Positions 36,780 through 44,623 of a DNA stretch of 49,081 nt are shown here, piece after piece. The stretch lies in IMG/VR virus record IMGVR_UViG_3300033485_000021, positions 1 to 49,081 of that record. One strand, written 5' to 3'. The notes beneath the pieces are model-generated. The model searched no databases, was not told the origin of the DNA, and was given only the letters and a program-made list of their open reading frames with translations. The stretch is from a virus (lineage: Duplodnaviria; Caudoviricetes). The position numbers and the translations under genes are program-made. Position 1 is the first letter of the stretch, and every line of letters starts with the position of its first letter.

Positions 36780-37853
36780 TCATCGGGCACGCGGGTGCGC
36801 GCTCAGGTAGGTGGCCTTGAGATGGGCCTCGCTGACGTGCGTGTAGATCTCGGTCGTGGTCACGCGGGCGTGGCCGAGGAACTCTTGGATGCTCCGCAAG
36901 TCGGCGCCGCCCTCGAGCAGATGCGTCGCGCAGGCGTGCCGCAGCATATGTGGGTGGCAGGCGACGCCGGCGCGGCTGGCGATGCGGCCGACGATGCGGC
37001 GCACGTCGCTGGTCGCCAGCGGGTTGCCGTTGACGGTGGTGAGGATCGTCTCGCTCGGCGTCGCCGGCCGCACCTCAAGCCACGCATCGATGGCGTCCAG
37101 GGTGCGCTCCGAGAATGGCACCATCCTGGTCTTCTCGCCCTTGCCGTGGACGATGAGCATGCCGTCGTCGCGGCGCACATCCTGCACTTTCAGAGTGCAG
37201 GCTTCGGCACTGCGGAGCCCGCAGCCGTAGAGAAGTTCGAGCAGGGCGAGGTCGCGCTTTCCGCGGGCGAACTCGGGGCCGATCTCGAGGCCAGATTTCT
37301 GCTCAGGATTCGCCTCGGAAATCGTCCCGGCAATCGCCACCGAAGCGGCGCGGCTGGCGACCGCCGTGCAACGCACGCCGGCCTCGGCCTCGGCCTGGGC
37401 GAGAATGCGCTCGGCCTCGCCGGCAGAGACGACGCGCGGCAGGCGCTTGGGCCGCGCCGGCACCTTGATCTTGTCGGCGACCTCGGCGTCCACCACGCCG
37501 GCCTCCGCGAGGAAGCCGATGAAGGCGCGCAGGGCGGTCGCCTTGCGCTGCACGGTGGCCGCCGAGGCGCCGTTGATGGAGAGGTCAGCCACATAGCGGC
37601 GGCAACGATCGCGGTCGAGGTGCGCCGCCGTGAGGTCGTCTCGGTCGAGCCAGCGCAGAAGCTGGACGATGTCGCCGCGGTAGGCGCGCAGCGTGTGCGG
37701 GCTGACCTTGCGCTGCTCGAGGCTGGCGAGGAAGGGCGCCGCCTGGGCCTCGACGGCGGCCTCGTGCTGCCGCCTGCGCTGCGAGTCCTGCCGCGCGCCG
37801 CGCGCGCGCGCGCGATTTTTCAGGGAAATGGCGCCGCTGCTCGGAAGGCTCAA
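36780..37853 (-). CDS. tyrosine recombinase, XerC/XerD-like
   Basis: RD.ALLELLYGCGLR, GKG.K.R.VP, HPHMLRH..ATHLLEGGADLRSIQEFLGH..TTEIYTHV and HPRA end. TTG start after GAAAGGGGAC. Confidence 0.92.
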   Translation of the reverse strand: MSLPSSGAISLKNRARARGARQDSQRRRQHEAAVEAQAAPFLASLEQRKVSPHTLRAYRGDIVQLLRWLDRDDLTAAHLDRDRCRRYVADLSINGASAATVQRKATALRAFIGFLAEAGVVDAEVADKIKVPARPKRLPRVVSAGEAERILAQAEAEAGVRCTAVASRAASVAIAGTISEANPEQKSGLEIGPEFARGKRDLALLELLYGCGLRSAEACTLKVQDVRRDDGMLIVHGKGEKTRMVPFSERTLDAIDAWLEVRPATPSETILTTVNGNPLATSDVRRIVGRIASRAGVACHPHMLRHACATHLLEGGADLRSIQEFLGHARVTTTEIYTHVSEAHLKATYLSAHPRAR

Positions 37854-37885
37854 GGTGTCCCCTTTCTCGGTGGCCTTGTGTGCCA

Positions 37886-37914
37886 ATCGTCTACCCATTG
37901 TCGGCAATTGTCAA
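37886..37914 (-). promoter_or_regulatory. promoter of the recombinase
   Basis: TTGACA-N17-GACGAT. Confidence 0.55.
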
Positions 37915-38226
37915 GCGTTTCGTTTGAGCGCGTTTGGCGACCTCGCCGGCGGCGATCAGGTAGCCGCCGCGCGTCTTCACGGCGTCGAGCTTCCCGGCGA
38001 CGGCCCAGCGGTAGGCTGTGCGGTAGCAGACGCCGACCGCCTGGGCGAACTCGCCTGTCGTCAGGCGTCGCTGCTCGAGGTCGCGGGCGTCGAGGCGCCA
38101 GTGGCCGCCGGCAGTCCGTTCAGCGCGTACGCGGCCCTCTCTGGCCCAGGATTGGGCCGTGCGGCGGTTGACTCCCGCCGCCGCGGCGAACTGGGTCACG
38201 GTGAGCATCTTCGGATCCTTCGTCAT
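37891..38226 (-). CDS. tandem excisionase/BldC-like (MerR-type wHTH) DNA-binding protein
   Basis: Two copies of LT..(Q/E)FA.A.GV..RTA..WA..G...A..T.GG. Confidence 0.82.
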   Translation of the reverse strand: MTKDPKMLTVTQFAAAAGVNRRTAQSWAREGRVRAERTAGGHWRLDARDLEQRRLTTGEFAQAVGVCYRTAYRWAVAGKLDAVKTRGGYLIAAGEVAKRAQTKRLTIADNG

Positions 38227-38486
38227 GCCTCGTCCTTCCCTTCGGGATTGGCGTACGCGAGCATCTCGCCGTTGTCTGTCTCGCGCAGGCGCAGGACGGC
38301 GACGGCCCAGTCGATCGGCATCTTGTCGGCGACCTCGTTCCAGACCTCTGGGAGGACGTCCTCCAGCTTTCGTCCGGTCACGGTCACCTGTTGCGCCGCC
38401 GCCGCCAGGACGGCGTCGATCAACTCGTCTGCTGCCGTCGCCAGCAGCGGGTGCAGCGGCTCTGTCGCCGGCATCTCTCCGGTCAT
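38223..38486 (-). CDS. hypothetical protein (87 aa)
   Basis: GGAAGGA SD and ATGA overlap. Confidence 0.65.
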   Translation of the reverse strand: MTGEMPATEPLHPLLATAADELIDAVLAAAAQQVTVTGRKLEDVLPEVWNEVADKMPIDWAVAVLRLRETDNGEMLAYANPEGKDEA

Positions 38487-38629
38487 GGTCTGTCCTTCCT
38501 GCTATGGCGCCGTCGCGGGCCGGAAACGGCCCTCAGAGCGCGTTTGGCGGTCTACTGGTATGGGAACGCCTCCGGGCCGCTATGCGGCTCCGGAGGCGTC
38601 CTAGTGCAGCGTCCTTTCTGTCCCTGCCG

Positions 38630-39055
38630 TCAGTCCGTCGCTTCGGGATGGACGACGGCGTCGCAATAGCAGTGGGGAAGGCCGCAGGACGCGCCATAGA
38701 CCTTCCACTTCTGGCCGCTGCCCAGATCGGTCACAGTACCCTTCAGACCGGGGCCGCGACGAGATACCTTCCGGTGATCCTCTTCAGAAATGTAGAAGCG
38801 GAGACGACTCGACTCCGTCTTGTCCTGCCTGGGCGTGAAGATGCGGTGATCCTTGCGGTCATCGTTCTCCTGCTGGTTGGCGAGGACGTAGCGCGCGGTC
38901 TTGACGTTCCTGAGCGCGCCCGCCTTCTCATCGTCTGTCCAGTCGCGACTGGCGATACCCGCCTCAAGCTCATCGAGCGCGGCGGGATTCTCGGTGAAGT
39001 CGGCGCAGGAGAGAGCGATATTGAACTGGACGACTTCTGGTCGATACACGGTCAC
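38630..39055 (-). CDS. hypothetical protein (141 aa)
   Basis: GAAAGGGGAC SD. C-terminal SCGLPHCYCDA. Confidence 0.7.
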   Translation of the reverse strand: MTVYRPEVVQFNIALSCADFTENPAALDELEAGIASRDWTDDEKAGALRNVKTARYVLANQQENDDRKDHRIFTPRQDKTESSRLRFYISEEDHRKVSRRGPGLKGTVTDLGSGQKWKVYGASCGLPHCYCDAVVHPEATD

Positions 39056-39092
39056 GATGTGTCCCCTTTCGATTCGCTGTTCTCAGCCCAAA

Positions 39093-39115
39093 GGCTCCCT
39101 GTCGCGGCGGGAGCC
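39093..39115. terminator. intergenic hairpin
   Basis: GGCTCCC.../...GGGAGCC stem. Confidence 0.4.
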
Positions 39116-39138
39116 GATGAGCGGGTATGGCGCGAGCG

Positions 39139-39705
39139 TCAGCCCAAATCGACCATCGGCTCAAGGTCGCGGGCGATACGATCCTCAAGGTCATGCCGCA
39201 TGCCGCGAACGTCGGCGGCGGCGGCATCGATGGCCGCCTTCAACGCCGTCATCGTCGCGGTCGAGCAGCGGGCTGAGATGCGGAGCGCGTCCCAGGCGGC
39301 GTCGAGGTCGAGGATGGCGCAGCGGGCGTCGGCATCCTCGTTGATCGGGACTTGCCACTCAGGGAACTGCTTGACGTTCTTTGCGGCGACGAGCCGCACG
39401 GCGTCCTTCGGCGTGACTGCCGGCGCGGCCTCGACCTCGTCGCCGACGTCGGCGAGGTCGAGGTTGGCGTCGAGGACGGTCGAGATGTGGCCAAGGGCCG
39501 CGGCCTGCGGCGCGTCCCACTGCACGTCGATGAGTTGGGATCCGTTGCCGACGTTCATGTTGGGGTTGACGGCGAGGACGGTTCCCCTGGCGTCGCGATG
39601 AGTGGCGACGTCGGCAGGGTTCGCGCCGGGATGACCGATGAAGGTCATAAACGCATGGTTGAAGGCGACTCTGTCGCCGACCTTGAAGGTGAAGTCCGTC
39701 ATCAC
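39139..39705 (-). CDS. hypothetical protein with an SH3-like N-terminus
   Basis: FKVGDRVAF..GTVLAV..DVQWD. GAAAGGGGAC SD. Confidence 0.7.
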   Translation of the reverse strand: MMTDFTFKVGDRVAFNHAFMTFIGHPGANPADVATHRDARGTVLAVNPNMNVGNGSQLIDVQWDAPQAAALGHISTVLDANLDLADVGDEVEAAPAVTPKDAVRLVAAKNVKQFPEWQVPINEDADARCAILDLDAAWDALRISARCSTATMTALKAAIDAAAADVRGMRHDLEDRIARDLEPMVDLG

Positions 39706-39935
39706 TTGTCCCCTTTCAGAATGCTGTTGAGCCTGACCGAATCGAAAGGCCGCGCCGTGAAGACGTTGCCGGTATCGGTCGACCTGACCCAGAGGACTTC
39801 GCCGTCGCGCTTCGCCCGTGCGGCGAAGTCCTCTGCGGCGGCGAGCGTCACGAAGCGCCTGCGACTGACGAGCGTGAAACGATTCTTGATCCTGCGCTCA
39901 GGATGCAGGCGGCAGACTTGCCACTCCGTCCTCAT
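39702..39935 (-). CDS. hypothetical protein (77 aa)
   Basis: GAAAGGGGAC SD, directly downstream of a promoter. Confidence 0.7.
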   Translation of the reverse strand: MRTEWQVCRLHPERRIKNRFTLVSRRRFVTLAAAEDFAARAKRDGEVLWVRSTDTGNVFTARPFDSVRLNSILKGDK

Positions 39936-39966
39936 TGTGTCCCCTTTCGTCGCTGCCGTTGTGCAG

Positions 39967-39995
39967 AGTATCTACCCGTTGTATCGGTCTGTCAA
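39967..39995 (-). promoter_or_regulatory. leftward sigma70-type promoter
   Basis: TTGACA-N17-GATACT. Confidence 0.65.
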
Positions 39996-40031
39996 GCAGA
40001 AATCTTGAACAGATTCTCAGACCGCATCTTG

Positions 40032-40085
40032 GGGCCGGAAATCGGGCCGGAAATCGGCCGGGAAACGCTGCCGAAATCGGCCGGG
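40032..40085. repeat. 11-12-bp direct repeats (GGAAATCGGGCC-like) upstream of the promoter
   Basis: GAAATC/GAAACG at 40038, 40050, 40062 and 40073. Confidence 0.7.
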
Positions 40086-40136
40086 AAGGGAAGCTGCTCA
40101 GGAGCCGTCAGGGACGGCCGGAAGGTCTGCCGGCGA

Positions 40137-40424
40137 TCAGGCGAGGCCGCGACGGCGCAGCGTCTCGTCGCGCGCCCGCACGAGGTCGTCGGCGCGCAGC
40201 ATCTGGCGCCAAAGCTCGCGGCAGCGGTCGGCAAGGCCGGCGGCGCGAGCGGCGCCCATGACGGTCTGGACGTCCGATCGCGGCGGCAGCATCAGGACGG
40301 CGACGGTGAAGTCCGTCCAGGCGCGGCTCGCCTCGTCGGCGTACTGCTGGACGGCGCGAGCATGGCGCAGGAGGTCTTCCCGCGGCAGCGCGTAGAGTGC
40401 GCTCTCGTCGCTCGTCAGTGTCAC
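40137..40424 (-). CDS. hypothetical protein (95 aa)
   Basis: GAGGAGG SD and GTG start. Confidence 0.65.
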   Translation of the reverse strand: MTLTSDESALYALPREDLLRHARAVQQYADEASRAWTDFTVAVLMLPPRSDVQTVMGAARAAGLADRCRELWRQMLRADDLVRARDETLRRRGLA

Positions 40425-40634
40425 GGTCGCCTCCTCTTCGCTGCCGTCACCTAGTAGAAGGTTCCTTCGGGCTGATCATGTCAGACGGCGATCCGGCGAC
40501 GGCCTCGAGCGCCTGCGAAAGCCTCTCGCCAGCTTTCACGCGCGCGCGTAGAAATTTCAGGGATTTGCGCGGGATGCTCGGAAGGATGCCGGCGCTTCGT
40601 CCGTCCTGCCCTGGCCGGCTGAACGGTCGTTCAA

Positions 40635-40654
40635 TCCCCTACCGCGGTAGGGGA
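40635..40654. repeat. perfect 20-bp palindrome
   Basis: TCCCCTACCGCGGTAGGGGA. Confidence 0.85.
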
Positions 40655-40682
40655 AGGACCGTGACTATACGGCCTGCACAAT

Positions 40683-41060
40683 TTAACTACCCGTTTAACT
40701 AAATCCGGCAGGCGATCCGCTGCCGTCCGTCCGTCCGTCGCGAGGATCCTCGCCGGCACTCCTGCCGTCCGTCGTCCGCTGCCGTCGTCCGTCCAGCGCC
40801 GCCGCTGCCGTCCGTCGTCCGTCCAGGCAAAGCGCCATTGCTGCGGCGCTGCCGTCGTCCGTCCGTCGTCCGTCCGTCGTCCGTCCGTCGTCCGTCGTCC
40901 CCTAGCTTTCGGATCCATGCCGCCATTGCCTGCCGTCCCCTGCCGTCGTCCGTTAACTACCGCAGGGGACGATAGCCGTCCCCTGCCGTGCCGTCCCCTG
41001 TAGCCGTCCCCTGCCGTCCGTCCCCTTAACTACCGCTGCCGTCTGGACGACGGCAGCGGG
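40683..41060. repeat. non-coding low-complexity array (CCGT/CGT, GCCGTCCCCT, TTAACTACC units)
   Basis: Directly visible tandem repeats. Confidence 0.85.
41033..41059 (-). terminator. hairpin downstream of the GP88-like gene
   Basis: CCGCTGCCGTC-N5-GACGGCAGCGG. Confidence 0.55.
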
Positions 41061-41080
41061 TAGTGAGTCTGTCGCGCGGT

Positions 41081-41698
41081 CTAGTGGAGTCGCGCGTATA
41101 TCGTCCGTCCCCTAGGGTTCAGGCAGAGACGGCAGCGGCGACAATCGCCCGGACAGACGGTCGCGCCCGCAGGGATATCGGACGGCAGCGCCGCGACGAA
41201 CAGGTTGCCGATACCCGCGACGCCAGCGAAATGCTCGCCGCTGCCGTTGACAGTGATTCTTCCGGGCGCTGCCGTCCAGTCTAGGAGGTCGTTCGCGGTG
41301 TACGTGAACGCCTGCACGCCGATAGCCTGCAGGCGTTCGCCGATATCGGCGAGCTTGTCTACGTCGCTTTGCGTGGCGACGTCTCCTGCCTCATTGAATC
41401 GGAAGGCCGGGAACGGATGCCGCGCGCGTGAGCGGATCGCTTCGACAACGTCGGCAAACTGCGCCGCCGTGAGCAGGCTCCAGAGTTCTGCCTGCCGGCG
41501 ACGATATGGCAGGCAGGCAGGGTACATCCGTTCGAATTTGCGAGCGTAGCAAGCATTGCGGGGAACCCTGCACAACCCTGCCGCCAAGGATGGACAGTCC
41601 GTTGCCGAGCAGAGGTTGAAGATAGGGTACGGAACCTTGGAGTTACCGCGCGATATGTGGGCGGCAAGGGTTCGCGTTGTGTCGGCAGGATCAATCAT
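41081..41698 (-). CDS. GP88-like Cys-rich protein
   Basis: GNSK...FNL....CP......C......CYA, FRFNEAGD and CPGDCRRCRLC motifs. Confidence 0.7.
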   Translation of the reverse strand: MIDPADTTRTLAAHISRGNSKVPYPIFNLCSATDCPSLAAGLCRVPRNACYARKFERMYPACLPYRRRQAELWSLLTAAQFADVVEAIRSRARHPFPAFRFNEAGDVATQSDVDKLADIGERLQAIGVQAFTYTANDLLDWTAAPGRITVNGSGEHFAGVAGIGNLFVAALPSDIPAGATVCPGDCRRCRLCLNPRGRTIYARLH

Positions 41699-42138
41699 CG
41701 CACGAACTCTTCGCCATTCCCGTATGCCTCGTAGGAACCATCCGCGTTGAGCGCGATGATGCGCGCCGACTCCAGCGTTTCGGCAGGCACGCCGAACAAA
41801 TCGGCAAGGCTTTCCGTCGAGTAGGTCTGGCCAACTACCAGACTGTCGAACACCAGTGTCGGCAACTCGTCGTCGTCGTCGTCGCGACCGTCGCCGATGA
41901 GCGGCGCGGATTCCGTTGCGGTCATATCGACTTCGTAATGGCGTTCTTGCCACGATTCGCGGTGCGGCAGCGGTTCGCGACTCGTGACAGTCGCTTTGCC
42001 GTTGCGGTGCGGCAGGGATTCCCTACGCTCTAGTTCGCCGGCATAGTCGCGCGAATCGGGATCCTTTGCGGCAGGCGCCGCGCTGCGCGCAGCGTCATCC
42101 CACATTTCGCTTTCGTACTGTTCGCGGTAGTCCGTCAT
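41695..42138 (-). CDS. acidic hypothetical protein (147 aa)
   Basis: GAAAGGGGAC SD. Internal RE.LPHR duplication. Confidence 0.65.
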   Translation of the reverse strand: MTDYREQYESEMWDDAARSAAPAAKDPDSRDYAGELERRESLPHRNGKATVTSREPLPHRESWQERHYEVDMTATESAPLIGDGRDDDDDELPTLVFDSLVVGQTYSTESLADLFGVPAETLESARIIALNADGSYEAYGNGEEFVR

Positions 42139-42178
42139 TGTCGTCCCCTTTCGATTTAGATCTAAAGTAGTTGCGTCG

Positions 42179-42406
42179 TCACCTGTCGGCAATCCGATTG
42201 TCGAAATCCTGCCGCGCGTCGGCAGCGGAGTAGAAGTAGTGACCCCAGAACAGTGAGCCGGAATCGGGATTGAAGAACCATGTGACGTAGGGCCATCCGT
42301 CGTGCGCCTTCTTGGCCAGCACAATCGTTTCGCCGTCGGACGGCCGCTGCACGATTGCGATAGGCGTGGCGCCGTTCTGCTGAAGAGCCTCAAGTAGAGC
42401 GTTCAC
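42179..42406 (-). CDS. hypothetical protein (75 aa)
   Basis: GAAAGGGGAC SD. PYVTW...WGHYF motif. Confidence 0.7.
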   Translation of the reverse strand: MNALLEALQQNGATPIAIVQRPSDGETIVLAKKAHDGWPYVTWFFNPDSGSLFWGHYFYSAADARQDFDNRIADR

Positions 42407-42443
42407 TGCGTCCCCTTTCGGTGGTTCTCTCGCGTACGCGACA

Positions 42444-42472
42444 AGAGTACAGAATGATTCCCTGTTCGTCAA
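42444..42472 (-). promoter_or_regulatory. leftward sigma70-type promoter
   Basis: TTGACG-N17-TACTCT. Confidence 0.6.
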
Positions 42473-42943
42473 CAGTATCGGCATACCCTTCCCGTAGCTT
42501 GAATGAATCAGGGGACGGGTGAAGGGCAGGTGACTGTGATAGCAATGGGCCGCAAAGCGTACGGCAGCTGCACGGCAACGGCAGCGGATCGCCTGCCGTG
42601 CCGTCGTCCAGCGCCTGCCGTTGACTGTTGATACAGGGACGACGGATCATCGATACAGCGCGAGCCTACAGGGGACGACGGCAGCGGCCCTCGTGAGCCT
42701 AGCTTGTCATAACGTCACACTATCGCGCGCGCCAGCCGCGGCACCCCTGGCCACCCCCATGCCCACGGTCGCGATCCTACGGCAGCAGCGCACTACGGCC
42801 TCTTACGCGCAGACCCCGCTCACAATCTCAGGACTCCAAAGCACCCCCAGGACGGATCCTCTAGACCCTGAACCCATACAGACCCCCACCCCCCTACCCC
42901 CCTCCCCCGACTCAGAAGGTCTTGACTTGCCGGCGTAGAATGT

Positions 42944-42980
42944 TGAACAGGCATTCAGTTGTTGACTGAACAGTCATTCA
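42944..42980. promoter_or_regulatory. two operator-like sites TGAACAGKCATTCA
   Basis: Copies at 42944-42957 and 42967-42980, just after TAGAAT (42936-42941). Confidence 0.55.
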
Positions 42981-42996
42981 ACGTTCGGAGGCATCG

Positions 42997-43350
42997 TTGA
43001 AGTTCTGCCGGCGCTGCGGGGCTCGGCTGGCGTCCGATCACCAGGATGACGAGTGGTGCTCCCCCTGCCTGCGCTGGAGGCGCGACTACGATCCCAAGGA
43101 GGATCCGGCCTTCCTGTCTGCGCTGCTCTTCGCGCTCTGCGAGAGCCAGGGTCAGGTGGTCGAGCCGCTCAAGGTGCTGGGGCTCGGGGCCGAGCACCGG
43201 CTCACGGTCAAGGCGGGGGTGCGGGCCTTGAGGTGCCGGGGACACGTCATCAGGGGCACGGCGAGGGCCACGGGCTACGTCTACGTCGGCTACGTGCCCA
43301 AGGGGCACATCGAGGGCCAGTACTCCCTCACGACCTCCGTTTCGGCGTAA
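42997..43350 (+). CDS. Zn-finger + winged-helix-like hypothetical protein
   Basis: CRRC..CSPC, followed by V.ALR..GHVIRG...GYVY. Confidence 0.6.
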   Translation: MKFCRRCGARLASDHQDDEWCSPCLRWRRDYDPKEDPAFLSALLFALCESQGQVVEPLKVLGLGAEHRLTVKAGVRALRCRGHVIRGTARATGYVYVGYVPKGHIEGQYSLTTSVSA

Positions 43351-43397
43351 GATTCTCAGGCAGACGTTTCTGAGGGTGATTTTTCAAGGAGGCTCGC

Positions 43398-43817
43398 GTG
43401 CCGCACGCAGGGGGACGACCGCCGGGGAAGAAGAACACCAGGGTGACGCCTGAGCAGGTAGCCATCTACGCCGGCGCCATGTGTACGCAGGGCGAGGTGG
43501 CGCGCATCCTCGGCATCACCCCGCAGTCGATGTCCACGATGCTCCAGAAGCCGGCCTACCGCGCCGCTTGGGAGCGCGCCCAGGACAACACCCGCTACCT
43601 GCTTCGCAAGGCGCAGATCGAGAACGCGCTCTCGGGCAAGACGGTAGACCTGATCTGGGTGGGCAAGCAGTACCTCGAGCAGCGCGACTCGGTACATCAG
43701 GTCGAGCAGAACACCAACGTCGAAATCCGCTACGTGGCCGAGTGGGGCGGTGGCGGCGCGCTGCCGGCGGCCCCTGAGCAGGACACCATCGAGGGCGAAG
43801 TCGAGGAGGAGACGTGA
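43398..43817 (+). CDS. terS: terminase small subunit
   Basis: GRP N-terminus, HTH (CTQGEVARILGIT), LRKAQ...A..G....LIW.GKQYL.QRD. Upstream of terL. Confidence 0.78.
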   Translation: MPHAGGRPPGKKNTRVTPEQVAIYAGAMCTQGEVARILGITPQSMSTMLQKPAYRAAWERAQDNTRYLLRKAQIENALSGKTVDLIWVGKQYLEQRDSVHQVEQNTNVEIRYVAEWGGGGALPAAPEQDTIEGEVEEET

Positions 43818-44041
43818 GTCCCGCCGGCGGCAGAATGGAGGAGCAACTCGACACCGACTGGCAGGCCGTGGCGCGCAAGCTGGCGCGCTGGTTGCCGATG
43901 TCACGCACGGTCTTCGAGTCAGTGATGAGCCGGCCGGATGTGCCACTCGACATGGTCAGCGAGTCGATGACGCCCGAGGACTGGATGCGCGCGGCCCAGG
44001 AAGCCCTACGCCGGCACAGGGCCGACCTTGACCAGCCGTGA
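43814..44041 (+). CDS. hypothetical protein (75 aa)
   Basis: Coupled ORF. Confidence 0.55.
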   Translation: MSPAGGRMEEQLDTDWQAVARKLARWLPMSRTVFESVMSRPDVPLDMVSESMTPEDWMRAAQEALRRHRADLDQP

Positions 44042-44174
44042 ACTCTACGCCCTGCTCGACCTCCTCGCCAAGCTCGAGGCCGAGGTCGCGACCGACACCC
44101 CGGCCCACCTCTCGGTGCTCGTCCTGCGGATCGTGGCCGAGCGCAAGTTGACCGAGCGCAAGGAGTTCGGGTGA
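44028..44174 (+). CDS. small hypothetical protein (48 aa)
   Basis: MTSRELYALLDLLAKLEAEV...; good GC3; GTGA overlap with the next gene. Confidence 0.5.
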   Translation: MTSRELYALLDLLAKLEAEVATDTPAHLSVLVLRIVAERKLTERKEFG

Positions 44175-44623
44175 GGCTCCAGGTGCAACCCATCACGCGA
44201 ACCGAAGCGCAAGCATTCGTCAGCCGGCACCACCGCCATCACAACCCCGCGGTCGGGGACAAGTTCTGCATCGGCCTCAACGACGGCCAGGAGGTCGTCG
44301 GCGTCATCGTCGTCGGCCGGCCAATCGCCCGCCACCTCGATGATGGCTACACCGCCGAGGTCACGCGCTGCTGCGTCCTCGAGGGCATCCCCAACGGCTG
44401 CTCCAAGCTCTACGCAGCTGCGTGGCGGGCGGCACGGGCGATGGGCTACACGCGGATGGTCACCTACACCCTCGCCTCCGAACGTGGGACGAGCCTCACC
44501 GCCGCCGGCTGGAGGGAGATGTACAAGACCCAGAAGCGCAACACGGGCTGGTCTTGCGCTTCGCGTCCTCGCGTGGACACGCACCCGCTGGGCCAGAAGA
44601 CGCTCTGGGAGGTCAGGGCGTGA
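44171..44623 (+). CDS. XF1762-family / Mom-like GNAT-fold protein
   Basis: FV.RHHRH, VGRP.AR.LDDG.T.EVTR, CSKLY.AAWRAA.AMGY and TYTL.SE.G.SL.AAGW motifs. Confidence 0.78.
   Translation: MRLQVQPITRTEAQAFVSRHHRHHNPAVGDKFCIGLNDGQEVVGVIVVGRPIARHLDDGYTAEVTRCCVLEGIPNGCSKLYAAAWRAARAMGYTRMVTYTLASERGTSLTAAGWREMYKTQKRNTGWSCASRPRVDTHPLGQKTLWEVRA

Noticed and set aside
36795-39601. Plus-strand ORFs 36795-38171 and 38159-39601
   Set aside because: They are antisense shadows of well-supported minus-strand genes.
40446-40630. Small minus-strand ORF resembling the recombinase N-terminus (LPSIPRKSLKFLRAR)
   Set aside because: There is no start codon between the upstream stop and the similar segment, so it was treated as a DNA motif.
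40700-41060. CRISPR array, or coding ORFs 40631-40918 and 40699-40926
   Set aside because: There is no constant repeat with unique spacers. The ORFs are translations of the microsatellite.
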